Assembly: GCA_947245515.1 (NCBI GenBank)
Contig: CAMXQV010000005.1
Coordinates: 1-60,989, forward strand
DNA: 60,989 nt
Reading direction: 5' to 3'
DNA from: an uncultured Clostridium sp.
GTDB taxonomy: Bacteria; Bacillota; Clostridia; TANB77; CAG-508
A model generated the notes under the pieces. That model was not told the DNA's origin and did no database searches. It saw nothing but the letters and a program-made list of their open reading frames with translations. The first letter of the stretch is position 1. Each line of letters opens with the position of its first letter. Both the position numbers and the translations under genes were made by a program. This document shows, piece by piece, positions 36,129 through 44,846 of the stretch.

Positions 36129-36462
36129 AATAAGAAAGCTCTGTAAAATAGATTTCATAATTTCCTTCTGTAGAAATTAATAGTTTTCTACCTTCTCTTT
36201 CTTCTATTTTACCATATTTAATAATAATTTCCTCAATTTCTGTATCAGTTAAGTTTCTATTTTTAATAGTTTTTTCCTCAAAAATATCTGCCTCAAGCTT
36301 TTGAATTAAAGTCTCTTTTTCTATTTTTTCCTTAGACGAAACTGTTTTATCTATAATTCCTTGATGATTTATAGTAACTCCTATTGTAACTCCTGCTAAT
36401 ATCAATAATATTATTATGGTTACAATTAATGTTATCAATGTAACACCTCTTGTATCTTTCAT
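36127..36462 (-). CDS. Prepilin-like protein (type IV pilin-type N-terminal hydrophobic segment)
   Basis: Start trimmed to MKDTRGVTLITLIVTIIILLILAGV (SD AGGAGGAG upstream of ATG 36462). A G/VTLITLIV motif resembles the GFTLIE cleavage/methylation motif but lacks Glu5. Confidence 0.45.
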   Translation of the reverse strand: MKDTRGVTLITLIVTIIILLILAGVTIGVTINHQGIIDKTVSSKEKIEKETLIQKLEADIFEEKTIKNRNLTDTEIEEIIIKYGKIEEREGRKLLISTEGNYEIYFTELSY

Positions 36463-36643
36463 TTTCTTTCTCCTCCTATGTTTTATCATTTTTCCTCTTC
36501 AATAAATATTTTTCCTCTAGCATTTAGCTTTGTAAATACATGTCCATCATCTAATTTGTTTTTAATTCATTCTTTTTTATTATTAACACCATTAAGTATA
36601 CAAAATTTAACTTAACAACTGTATGCTATATAACCTAGAATCT

Positions 36644-37138
36644 TTAATTTCCTCCAATAGCAATTATATAAATTGTTTTATTATTGTCATCTATATATAT
36701 ATCAGTAACTGAAGCATCCTCTACATCTTTAGACTTTAAAATTCCAATATTTTCTAACTTTTTCCAGTTATATTTAATATTATTTGGATTAAACTTCATT
36801 TCTAAATTTTCTATTTTTGAACTTTCCTTTTGATTCAAAAAATTATTATAACTTTCTTCTGTTAGTTCTGCTAAAATATCAATTTGGTATATTGTTGGTC
36901 CAATATCTCTTTCGCTATATAAGCTTTCAAAAGTGTAAAATATTTTTTTGCTTTCAGGGAAATTTTCAAATAAACTGTAAATTGTATCCTTACCCTTCTT
37001 AATTTCAATTTTTTTATTTTCTATTGGTAAATTTCCATGTTTTATAAATCTAATATTAGGATATATACATATTAAAATTGCAATAAAAGATATAAGTATA
37101 ATAATTATTCCAACTATCTTTTTCATATATTTTTCCAC
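36644..37138 (-). CDS. Hypothetical membrane-anchored protein
   Basis: 164-aa ORF with a single N-terminal TM (IVGIIIILISFIAILICIY). No motif recognised. Confidence 0.5.
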   Translation of the reverse strand: MEKYMKKIVGIIIILISFIAILICIYPNIRFIKHGNLPIENKKIEIKKGKDTIYSLFENFPESKKIFYTFESLYSERDIGPTIYQIDILAELTEESYNNFLNQKESSKIENLEMKFNPNNIKYNWKKLENIGILKSKDVEDASVTDIYIDDNNKTIYIIAIGGN

Positions 37139-37176
37139 CTCATAAGTTTTTGCTAAGATATTTATTTTAAAGCAAT

Positions 37177-37899
37177 TTAATTACATTTAAAATACTCCTC
37201 AATTATATATAATAGTTTATCTTTGTTTTCTTTAAATTGGCTTTTTCTATGTCCATTAGCTCCAGATGGATGGGGAAATCCTAATAAACATTGTTCTTTT
37301 TTTATCAATTTTTCTTTTATCATTTGTTGTAATATCTCTTCTACTGCTTTACCTAATGGAATTATTAATGTATTCGATAAACATTTTACTTCTTTATAAA
37401 AATATTTTTTTGTAAAATCATATAGTATTTTACTATCCATTATCTTAGGATTAGAACCTGTATAATTTTTATTATTTATGAAAACAGGATATGGAATTAT
37501 TGAAGTGGTATGAAGTAAGTGATCTTTATCTTCAAACAGTTCATTACAAGATTTTATATGTAATTTTCTATTTAGCTCCAATTCATCTAACATTTCAATA
37601 AGATTTTTTCTCATACTTCCTACAAATCTTGAACTTCTTTTGCATTCTATTTTTATTTGTTGTAGTTCTACTTCTTTTAATAATGCATTTCTTGCAGTTC
37701 TATATGCAATACTAGTTTGTGTCCATCCAGGTGTTATTCCTACTATAAATATTTTTGCTTTATAATTAATTATTTCATTATGTGGTGCATAATAAATTTT
37801 GATATTGTCATTATTATATAGTTCAAATTTTTCAATTAATATATCTTCCTTATTAAAGTTATCTAGTTTTTTTATTTCCTTACAATATTTCTCAAACAT
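37177..37899 (-). CDS. Uracil-DNA glycosylase superfamily-like protein (tentative)
   Basis: 240-aa ORF. FIVGITPGWTQ and GFPHPSGANGHR resemble the GxxPG and HPS motifs of the UDG fold. Confidence 0.4.
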   Translation of the reverse strand: MFEKYCKEIKKLDNFNKEDILIEKFELYNNDNIKIYYAPHNEIINYKAKIFIVGITPGWTQTSIAYRTARNALLKEVELQQIKIECKRSSRFVGSMRKNLIEMLDELELNRKLHIKSCNELFEDKDHLLHTTSIIPYPVFINNKNYTGSNPKIMDSKILYDFTKKYFYKEVKCLSNTLIIPLGKAVEEILQQMIKEKLIKKEQCLLGFPHPSGANGHRKSQFKENKDKLLYIIEEYFKCN

Positions 37900-38045
37900 T
37901 CTATCTCCCTACAAATTACTATCTTGTGTTTCGATTATATCACAAAGGACAAGTAATTTTCAACTTAATTACTTGTCCTTTGTAAATTGTATCTCATATA
38001 TATAAACTTGTAATATTTCCTTTTCATTATATCTACTAAAACAAA

Positions 38046-38128
38046 TACAGTTCACTATATTTAATTTTTACCTATTCTTAAAGTTATAAAGCTTTAAGTA
38101 ATAAGTAAATTAAAGATAGTGAACTGTA
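38046..38128 (-). terminator. Long nested hairpin immediately after the gap stop codon
   Basis: TACAGTTCACTATATTTAAT (38046-38065) pairs with ATTAAAGATAGTGAACTGTA (38109-38128). TTTGTTTT follows on the minus strand. Confidence 0.45.
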
Positions 38129-38132
38129 AATA

Positions 38133-39149
38133 TTATCCTATTTCTGCAAAATATTTAATTGTTCTTACCATTTGACTTGTGTAAGAATTCTCATTATCAT
38201 ACCAAGCTACAACTTGAACTTGATATAATCCTTCATCTATTTTAGTAACCATTGTTTGAGTTGCATCAAATAATGAGCCATATTTCATTCCAATAATATC
38301 AGAAGATACAAGTTCTTCTTCTGTATAGCCAAAAGATTGACTTGCTTGAGCTTTCATAGCTGAATTTATAGTTTCTTCTGTTATATTATCTCCTTTTACA
38401 ACTGCAACTAATATTGTAGTTGAACCTGTTACAACTGGAACTCTTTGAGCAGAACCAATTAATTTTCCATTTAATTCTGGAATAACTAATCCAATTGCTT
38501 TAGCAGCACCTGTTGAATTTGGTACAATATTAACTGCAGCAGCTCTAGCCCTTCTTAAGTTACCTTTTCTATGTGGTCCATCTAAAAGCATTTGATCTCC
38601 TGTATATGCATGAACTGTTGTCATTATTCCTGATTGAATTGGTGCATAGTCATTTAAAGCCTTTACCATTGGTGCTAAACAGTTTGTTGTACAAGATGCT
38701 GCTGATATAATTTTATCATCTGCAGTTATTATGTTTTCATTTACACCAAATACTACTGTTTTTAATTCTTTACCAGCTGGTGCTGATATTACTACTTTTT
38801 TTGCTCCTGCATCAATATGTGCTTGTGCTTTATCTTTATTTGTATAGAAACCTGTACATTCTAATACTACATCTACTCCAATTTCTCCCCATGGTAAGTC
38901 TTTTGCATCTTTTTCTGCATATATTTTTATTGTTTTTCCATCTACTGTTATTGATCCTTCTCCTGCTACTACTGTATCTGCCTTTTCATATCTTCCTTGT
39001 GCTGAATCATATTTTAATAAATGTGCTAACATTTCTGGACTTGTTAAATCGTTTATTGCAACGATATCATACCCTTCTGTTCCAAACATTTGTCTAAATG
39101 CTAGACGTCCTATACGTCCAAAACCATTGATGGCTACTTTTACTGACAT
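38133..39149 (-). CDS. gap: Glyceraldehyde-3-phosphate dehydrogenase
   Basis: Start trimmed to [15 protein letters not shown] (SD AAAGGAGGAAAAAAT). Active site [12 protein letters not shown]. Confidence 0.95.
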   Translation of the reverse strand: MSVKVAINGFGRIGRLAFRQMFGTEGYDIVAINDLTSPEMLAHLLKYDSAQGRYEKADTVVAGEGSITVDGKTIKIYAEKDAKDLPWGEIGVDVVLECTGFYTNKDKAQAHIDAGAKKVVISAPAGKELKTVVFGVNENIITADDKIISAASCTTNCLAPMVKALNDYAPIQSGIMTTVHAYTGDQMLLDGPHRKGNLRRARAAAVNIVPNSTGAAKAIGLVIPELNGKLIGSAQRVPVVTGSTTILVAVVKGDNITEETINSAMKAQASQSFGYTEEELVSSDIIGMKYGSLFDATQTMVTKIDEGLYQVQVVAWYDNENSYTSQMVRTIKYFAEIG

Positions 39150-39231
39150 ATTTTTTCCTCCTTTAATTGTTGAATATGCTTTGTTATTCAACCTTTTTTA
39201 TTTAGTATTACCTTATTTTTTTAAGGTAATT

Positions 39232-39282
39232 CAATTCTATATCAAAAAAGAATACTTTTCAAGTATTCTTTAGAAATTTTTT
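39232..39282 (-). terminator. Terminator-containing 50-nt module, copy 2 (upstream of gap)
   Basis: CAATTCTATATCAAAAAAGAATACTTTTCAAGTATTCTTTAGAAATTTTTT differs from 36079-36128 by only a few mismatches. Confidence 0.55.
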
Positions 39283-39349
39283 CCATATTAATTTTTATTT
39301 ATTATTTGAAACTTTTTTTGCCAATAAACTTATTAATTTTAATATTTTA

Positions 39350-39547
39350 TATCCCAAAAGGCATGTATATATTATTTTTATATAATTTTAGATTGAAAGT
39401 AATTGAGATAGAAAATCTTTATAAATTTTATGGAAAGAGTTCAAGCTTGCCTTGGAAGGGTGCCATAAAATTTATTTAGATTTTCTACGAAAATTAGCTT
39501 GAGCTCTAAAATTATATAAAAATAATATATACATGCCTTTGGAGATA
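39350..39547. repeat. Long imperfect palindrome (element D)
   Basis: AAAGGCATGTATATATTATTTTTATATAATTTTAG .. CTAAAATTATATAAAAATAATATATACATGCCTTT. Inner arms AGAAAATCTTTATAAATTTTATGG / CCATAAAATTTATTTAGATTTTCT. Confidence 0.8.
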
Positions 39548-39597
39548 ATACAAATTTTAATAAATAATTAGGATTACTTTAAAATTAATAATAACTA

Positions 39598-41550
39598 TTA
39601 GCCCAATAGCTTTTCCAAAACAATAATAAACATAGCATGTGACCAACCAAGACCAATAACCCAATTAGGTTTCAAAGTATCATTATTAACCTGTTCCCCT
39701 AAAAAGCAATGCTTTCCAGCAGTTTTCACAACAAAATCAAAACACTCTTTAGCCTTTTTCTTTTCTCCTGAATCTAAATAATATAAAGACATCCACAAGT
39801 TCGCAATAGGCCAAGGATTACCCTTCATGTAATGATCTTGTTCAAACCTTTGGTATCCACCAGTATAAGTTCTAATAGTCAAATTAATTCTATCAATAGT
39901 ATTTCTAACCTTCTTTTCTTTAGGTTTAAAAACTGCAAAAGGTGTAACTATACCAAGCATACTAATATCCATCTTCTTATCTTCAGTATTTCTCAAAAAC
40001 ACTTTACTTTCATCATCAAACAAATTCTCATTAATAAATTTTTTAATTTCAGACTGTAGGTTTTCAATAATCTTTTGATTTTTTAAAACTTTTTCTTGCT
40101 TCAATCTATTATTTTCAAAATTAGATACATCATCACCTAAAATTGCATATATATTTTTCATACTTTCAAAAGCTGAATAAATACTTGCTAAAGAGTATAA
40201 ATGAATTCCTTCATGCATTTCCCATAAATCATAACTTACATGATATTTATGACCATTTATAGAATTGATATTTTGTTCTAATTCTTCTTTAACTTTATCC
40301 TCATGAATCTTAATATTTAACCAATCAGAAACATAATTTTCTAAGAATTCAATAGCTTTTTCACACATTTGCAAATTATCTTTTAAAAACTTCTCTGACT
40401 TTGTATATTTATAATGTTCATAAATACCATAAACTACACTAGCTGTCTCATCAATTTGATATCCCCAACAAGGAGCTAATTTTCCATCTGTAAAAAATCT
40501 TTGTTCCCAACTTCCATTTTTACTCTGTGTCTTTTTACAAAATACTTTATAAAACTTTTCTGTTTCTTTTTCCATCTTTAAAATATCTAAAGCTTTTGTT
40601 ATAAACACTGCATCTCTTGGCCAACAATATGCATATCTTCCACATTTAGTAAAATCTTCATCTATCTCTGGAGCTGCTATTATCCCACCAGTTTCAGAAT
40701 TTTGCAATAATGGAAATAATAAAATACTTCTTTTATATATTTCAAAAATTTTTTCTTCATAACTATTTGTGCTATCTTTTAAATTTAAACCATTATGCTC
40801 TTTTACATACTTCCTCCAATAAGTCTTAGTATCATTATATTCTTTAGAAATATCTATTTTACTTATTCTATTTATTTCGTTTTCTATTTGAGAAACATTT
40901 TTATTTTCGTCAACTGCAACACAAATATCTATACTTTTCTTCTCTCCTGGTTTTAAACAACCAATTTCATAACAAAGGCTTGAATCCTTTGACATTCCTA
41001 TATAATCTTTATCATGTATATCGCCTCTTTTTATTGTTTCTTTACTTCCATGAATTTGGTGCTTTACTACCTTATCTGTTTTTGAATATGTAGACATTAC
41101 AAAGTCATGTGCATATTGGAACATTCCATTATCTAATATCTTACAACTTACAAAGTTATTTTTATCAGACAATAACTCTGAATGTATAAAAAATCTTATA
41201 TTTAAATCAATTTTGCTTTCATTCAAAAAAATATATCTTTTAAATAATACATTTTCTTTAATAGAAATAAAATCAGTTTGCACTATTCTTAAATTAAAAT
41301 ATGTATTAGTTACTTCTGTATTTAAAATATTTGTATCTGTATCATAATATTGTTTATAAATATTATTAATATCATCATGCAAAAAAATCACATCAGAATC
41401 ATTGACCTTTACACCTGTATGATAAAAATTTATATATTGTCTATTATCTTTACTAGGAAAATAAAACCTCTGTAGTTCTCCCTTTTCAGTAAAGGTTGCT
41501 ATCATGTTTTTATTACCAATAATTGCTTCATTTAAATATTTATTTTGCAT
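39598..41550 (-). CDS. Glycoside hydrolase family 15 (glucoamylase-like)
   Basis: 650-aa ORF. GGIIAAPEIDE .. YAYCWPRDA .. motifs and an (alpha/alpha)6-type C-terminal region WPIANLW. Confidence 0.75.
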   Translation of the reverse strand: MQNKYLNEAIIGNKNMIATFTEKGELQRFYFPSKDNRQYINFYHTGVKVNDSDVIFLHDDINNIYKQYYDTDTNILNTEVTNTYFNLRIVQTDFISIKENVLFKRYIFLNESKIDLNIRFFIHSELLSDKNNFVSCKILDNGMFQYAHDFVMSTYSKTDKVVKHQIHGSKETIKRGDIHDKDYIGMSKDSSLCYEIGCLKPGEKKSIDICVAVDENKNVSQIENEINRISKIDISKEYNDTKTYWRKYVKEHNGLNLKDSTNSYEEKIFEIYKRSILLFPLLQNSETGGIIAAPEIDEDFTKCGRYAYCWPRDAVFITKALDILKMEKETEKFYKVFCKKTQSKNGSWEQRFFTDGKLAPCWGYQIDETASVVYGIYEHYKYTKSEKFLKDNLQMCEKAIEFLENYVSDWLNIKIHEDKVKEELEQNINSINGHKYHVSYDLWEMHEGIHLYSLASIYSAFESMKNIYAILGDDVSNFENNRLKQEKVLKNQKIIENLQSEIKKFINENLFDDESKVFLRNTEDKKMDISMLGIVTPFAVFKPKEKKVRNTIDRINLTIRTYTGGYQRFEQDHYMKGNPWPIANLWMSLYYLDSGEKKKAKECFDFVVKTAGKHCFLGEQVNNDTLKPNWVIGLGWSHAMFIIVLEKLLG

Positions 41551-41609
41551 TTTTTCTCCTTTTTAATATATAAAATCTAGATTTCATATATCATAATGTA
41601 AATTATAAT

Positions 41610-43253
41610 CTATCCTTCTATTACCTTTATTATTTGTTTTTCTAATTCCTTCATTTTTTCATTTATTCTAAATATGTCTTCATCTCTTAAATTTTTATCC
41701 TTTAAATCTTGTCTTACATAATCATCCATGTCTTTTATTTCTGATTTCAATTTCTCCAATCTTAATAACATTTCTGACTTCAAAGTATTTTTAATCTTTC
41801 TTTCAACTTTATGAGTCCTTTCTATTTGCTCCTTTAATTCATAGGTTTCGCCAAATTCTGGAATAGTTACGCCTATATTTGTTTCTTGCTCTATCTTTTC
41901 TTCTAATATCTCTTGTGACTCTGGTTCTCCATGAACTAAAAAGATATGTTTTGGTTTTTTTATAAAAGAATAAATAAAATTCATTAAGCCTTCTTGATCA
42001 GCATGACCTGAATATCCTTCTATATATTCAACTTTTGCATTTACTGCAATTTCTTCTCCAAATATTTTTACGTTTTTTGCTCCATTTACTATGCTATAAC
42101 CTAAGGTACCAGGTGCTTGATATCCTACAAATAGTATGGTTGATTTTGGATTCCATAAGTTATGTTTTAAATGATGTTTTATTCTTCCTACTTCACACAT
42201 ACCACTTGCTGATATTATTATACTTGGTGTTGTATCTTCATTTAAAGCTTTAGATTCATCTGCTGTTCTTGTAAATTGTAAGCCTGGAAATTCTAGGGGA
42301 TTGTCTCCACTATTTATCTGTTCTTGTGTTTCTTCATCAAATAAATCCATATTTTCTCTAAATACTTCTGTAGCAGATATTGCAAGTGGACTATCTACAT
42401 ATACTGGGGATTTCATTAGAGTTCTATATTTTCTTCTAAATTCTTCATCATCTATTATGTCTTTTAATTTATTAATTTCATATAATATTTCTTGTGTTCT
42501 TCCTACTGCAAAAGATGGTATTACTACTGTTCCTTTATTGTCTAGGGTTTCTGATACAATATCTAAAAATAATTTAGCTTTTTCTTCGTTTCTCATATGT
42601 AGTCTACTACCATAAGTAGATTCCATTACTAAATAATCTGTATCTTCAATCATCGTTGGTTCACTTAGTAGTGGAATATCGTTATTTCCTAAATCTCCTG
42701 TAAATACTGTTTTTGTCTCTTCTTCTCCTTCTTTTACCCATAATTCAATTATACTAGATCCTAACATATGTCCTGCATCATTAAATCTAACATGTATTTC
42801 AGGTGTTATTTCTATTATTTTGTCATATTGAACTGGTTCAAATAATTCTAAACATCGTACAGCTTCTTCAGCAGTATACAAAGGTTCTTTTTCTTCTTCA
42901 CCTTTTCTAATTCTTTTTCTATTTTTCCATTCATTTTCCATTTCTTGAATATGACCACTGTCTGGCAACATTAAGGTACATAGGTCACATGTTGCTTTAT
43001 GTGCATATATTTTATTTCTATAACCTTCCTTATATAATTTTGGTATTCTTCCAGAATGATCTATATGTGCATGTGTCAATAACATGAAATCTATGTCATT
43101 TACACTGAATTCAAAAGCTTCTGCATTTTCCATTTCTGTTTCTGCTTTTCCTTGCCACATTCCACAATCAACTAAAAATTTCTTTCCAGCACCTTCTACT
43201 AAAAAGTTTGAACCTGTAACAGTTCTTGTTGCTCCTAAAAATGTTATTTTCAT
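41610..43253 (-). CDS. MBL-fold beta-CASP hydrolase (RNA-metabolising type)
   Basis: 547-aa ORF. Motif THAHIDHSG, beta-CASP motifs ESTYG and GYSGHAD, and a C-terminal coiled-coil tail. Confidence 0.8.
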   Translation of the reverse strand: MKITFLGATRTVTGSNFLVEGAGKKFLVDCGMWQGKAETEMENAEAFEFSVNDIDFMLLTHAHIDHSGRIPKLYKEGYRNKIYAHKATCDLCTLMLPDSGHIQEMENEWKNRKRIRKGEEEKEPLYTAEEAVRCLELFEPVQYDKIIEITPEIHVRFNDAGHMLGSSIIELWVKEGEEETKTVFTGDLGNNDIPLLSEPTMIEDTDYLVMESTYGSRLHMRNEEKAKLFLDIVSETLDNKGTVVIPSFAVGRTQEILYEINKLKDIIDDEEFRRKYRTLMKSPVYVDSPLAISATEVFRENMDLFDEETQEQINSGDNPLEFPGLQFTRTADESKALNEDTTPSIIISASGMCEVGRIKHHLKHNLWNPKSTILFVGYQAPGTLGYSIVNGAKNVKIFGEEIAVNAKVEYIEGYSGHADQEGLMNFIYSFIKKPKHIFLVHGEPESQEILEEKIEQETNIGVTIPEFGETYELKEQIERTHKVERKIKNTLKSEMLLRLEKLKSEIKDMDDYVRQDLKDKNLRDEDIFRINEKMKELEKQIIKVIEG

Positions 43254-43263
43254 TTGATACCTC

Positions 43264-44844
43264 CTATAAGAATATTTTTACTTTTTTGTTAAATCTTATT
43301 TCTAAATCTTTATTTTTTATTCTCTCACTTATTCCTAATACTGTTTTTTCCTCAAAAACATTATCATCAAATAATTGAATATATAATTTTTCTTTTTCTT
43401 TTGTAAGTTTTATACATAATTCTTCTAAGTTTATTATTCTACTATTAAAAATGTTTTTAACCATTTTATAATTTATTTCTTCATCTTTCGAAAATACATT
43501 AACAGCTTTTAATTCTCCTGCTCTTTGTATGAGAACTCTTTCTATTCTTTCTATTCTCTTTTGTAATTGTTTTACTTCATATATATGTTTTTCGCTATTA
43601 AATGGTATCATACAGTAATATCTAAATTCGTAAATCAATTTAATAATTTCATGTTTAGTTTGAGCCTTGTTTAGTTTTGTATAATAACATCTTAAGAATT
43701 CTTTTTGTGCTTCAATTATTAATCTTTCTATTTCGTTATCAATATTTTCTGTATCAAGTAATAAAAGATATTTTCCCTTTTCTTCTAAATCTTTTCTAAA
43801 ATTTATATATTTTCTAGGACTTAACATATTATTTAGTTTTGCAATTCTTTGTAAATATTTTTCTTTTTCTTTATCCAGCATTTTTGATAAAACTTTAACA
43901 CTAAAAATCTTCTTTTCTAAAGGTAATAGTTCATTTCTTTTTATATATTCTTCTTTTAACCTCTCATTATTATTTAAAGTTTCCTCTAAATATTTTATTT
44001 TTTGTGTTAGCTCTTCTCTTTCTTTTGTTATCTTATTAATAAATATCTGACTATTTTGAGTCTTATCTAATTCTTCATCAACTTCTCTTTTGGCTTGTAA
44101 GATTTTATCTTTTGACTTCCCATTATATCTTACTTCTATCAACACAGATAGTTGACTTAATATCTCTATAAAACTTAATCCATCAACTTTTTCATATTTT
44201 TTTGACAAATCATTTTTTAATAATTCCATATAGTCTATTATGTATTCTTTATTATATATCCAATCGTTCATAAAAGATGTTCCAAGTAAAATTCTCATAT
44301 TTTGATATATTAAATTGTGATATATACTTTCCATTTCTTTTGGTATAGTTGTCCATGAATATCCATTAAAGTCTCTCATTGGTTCTACTTGATTTATACT
44401 ATTTCCAACATTTAAAAGACTTGATAAGGTTTTATTTATTATAAAATAATCTTCTTTTATAATTTCATCCTTTTTACTTATTTTAGAAATACAATACATT
44501 AATTTTCTTTCAATTGGATAACATATAATTTCTTTATTATTTTTATCTACTATAAAAGTTTTATTTCCTAATATTTCGCTTTCCTTTGAATTAGGTTTTA
44601 CTAATTGTATCTTGTCGCAGTTTTCCTCTATTTGATTTATAAACCTTTTAATAAATTCTTCTTTTGTTTCTACATCTTGTTTTACTGTTTGATAATCTTT
44701 ATAGGCTACATCTATTTTATATAATATACTAAGGAGAATACTTTTTACATCTTCCTTAAAGTTTTTTGTCTCTAAGGATTTCTCAAGTTCATTATTATAA
44801 TCTTTTTTTACTAACTTATTAAAAAAAGTATCTTTCTTTCGCAA
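43264..44844 (-). CDS. Hypothetical protein (coiled-coil rich)
   Basis: 526-aa ORF starting 2 nt after the ftsK stop and ending 10 nt before the beta-CASP gene. No motif recognised. Confidence 0.55.
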   Translation of the reverse strand: MRKKDTFFNKLVKKDYNNELEKSLETKNFKEDVKSILLSILYKIDVAYKDYQTVKQDVETKEEFIKRFINQIEENCDKIQLVKPNSKESEILGNKTFIVDKNNKEIICYPIERKLMYCISKISKKDEIIKEDYFIINKTLSSLLNVGNSINQVEPMRDFNGYSWTTIPKEMESIYHNLIYQNMRILLGTSFMNDWIYNKEYIIDYMELLKNDLSKKYEKVDGLSFIEILSQLSVLIEVRYNGKSKDKILQAKREVDEELDKTQNSQIFINKITKEREELTQKIKYLEETLNNNERLKEEYIKRNELLPLEKKIFSVKVLSKMLDKEKEKYLQRIAKLNNMLSPRKYINFRKDLEEKGKYLLLLDTENIDNEIERLIIEAQKEFLRCYYTKLNKAQTKHEIIKLIYEFRYYCMIPFNSEKHIYEVKQLQKRIERIERVLIQRAGELKAVNVFSKDEEINYKMVKNIFNSRIINLEELCIKLTKEKEKLYIQLFDDNVFEEKTVLGISERIKNKDLEIRFNKKVKIFL

Positions 44845-44846
44845 TT

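Noticed and set aside
37942-37982. A 17-bp perfect hairpin (ACAAAGGACAAGTAATT / AATTACTTGTCCTTTGT) upstream of the UDG-like gene as a terminator or operator.
   Set aside because: No T-tract follows on either strand and there is no second copy in the window. It is noted only as one more long palindrome.
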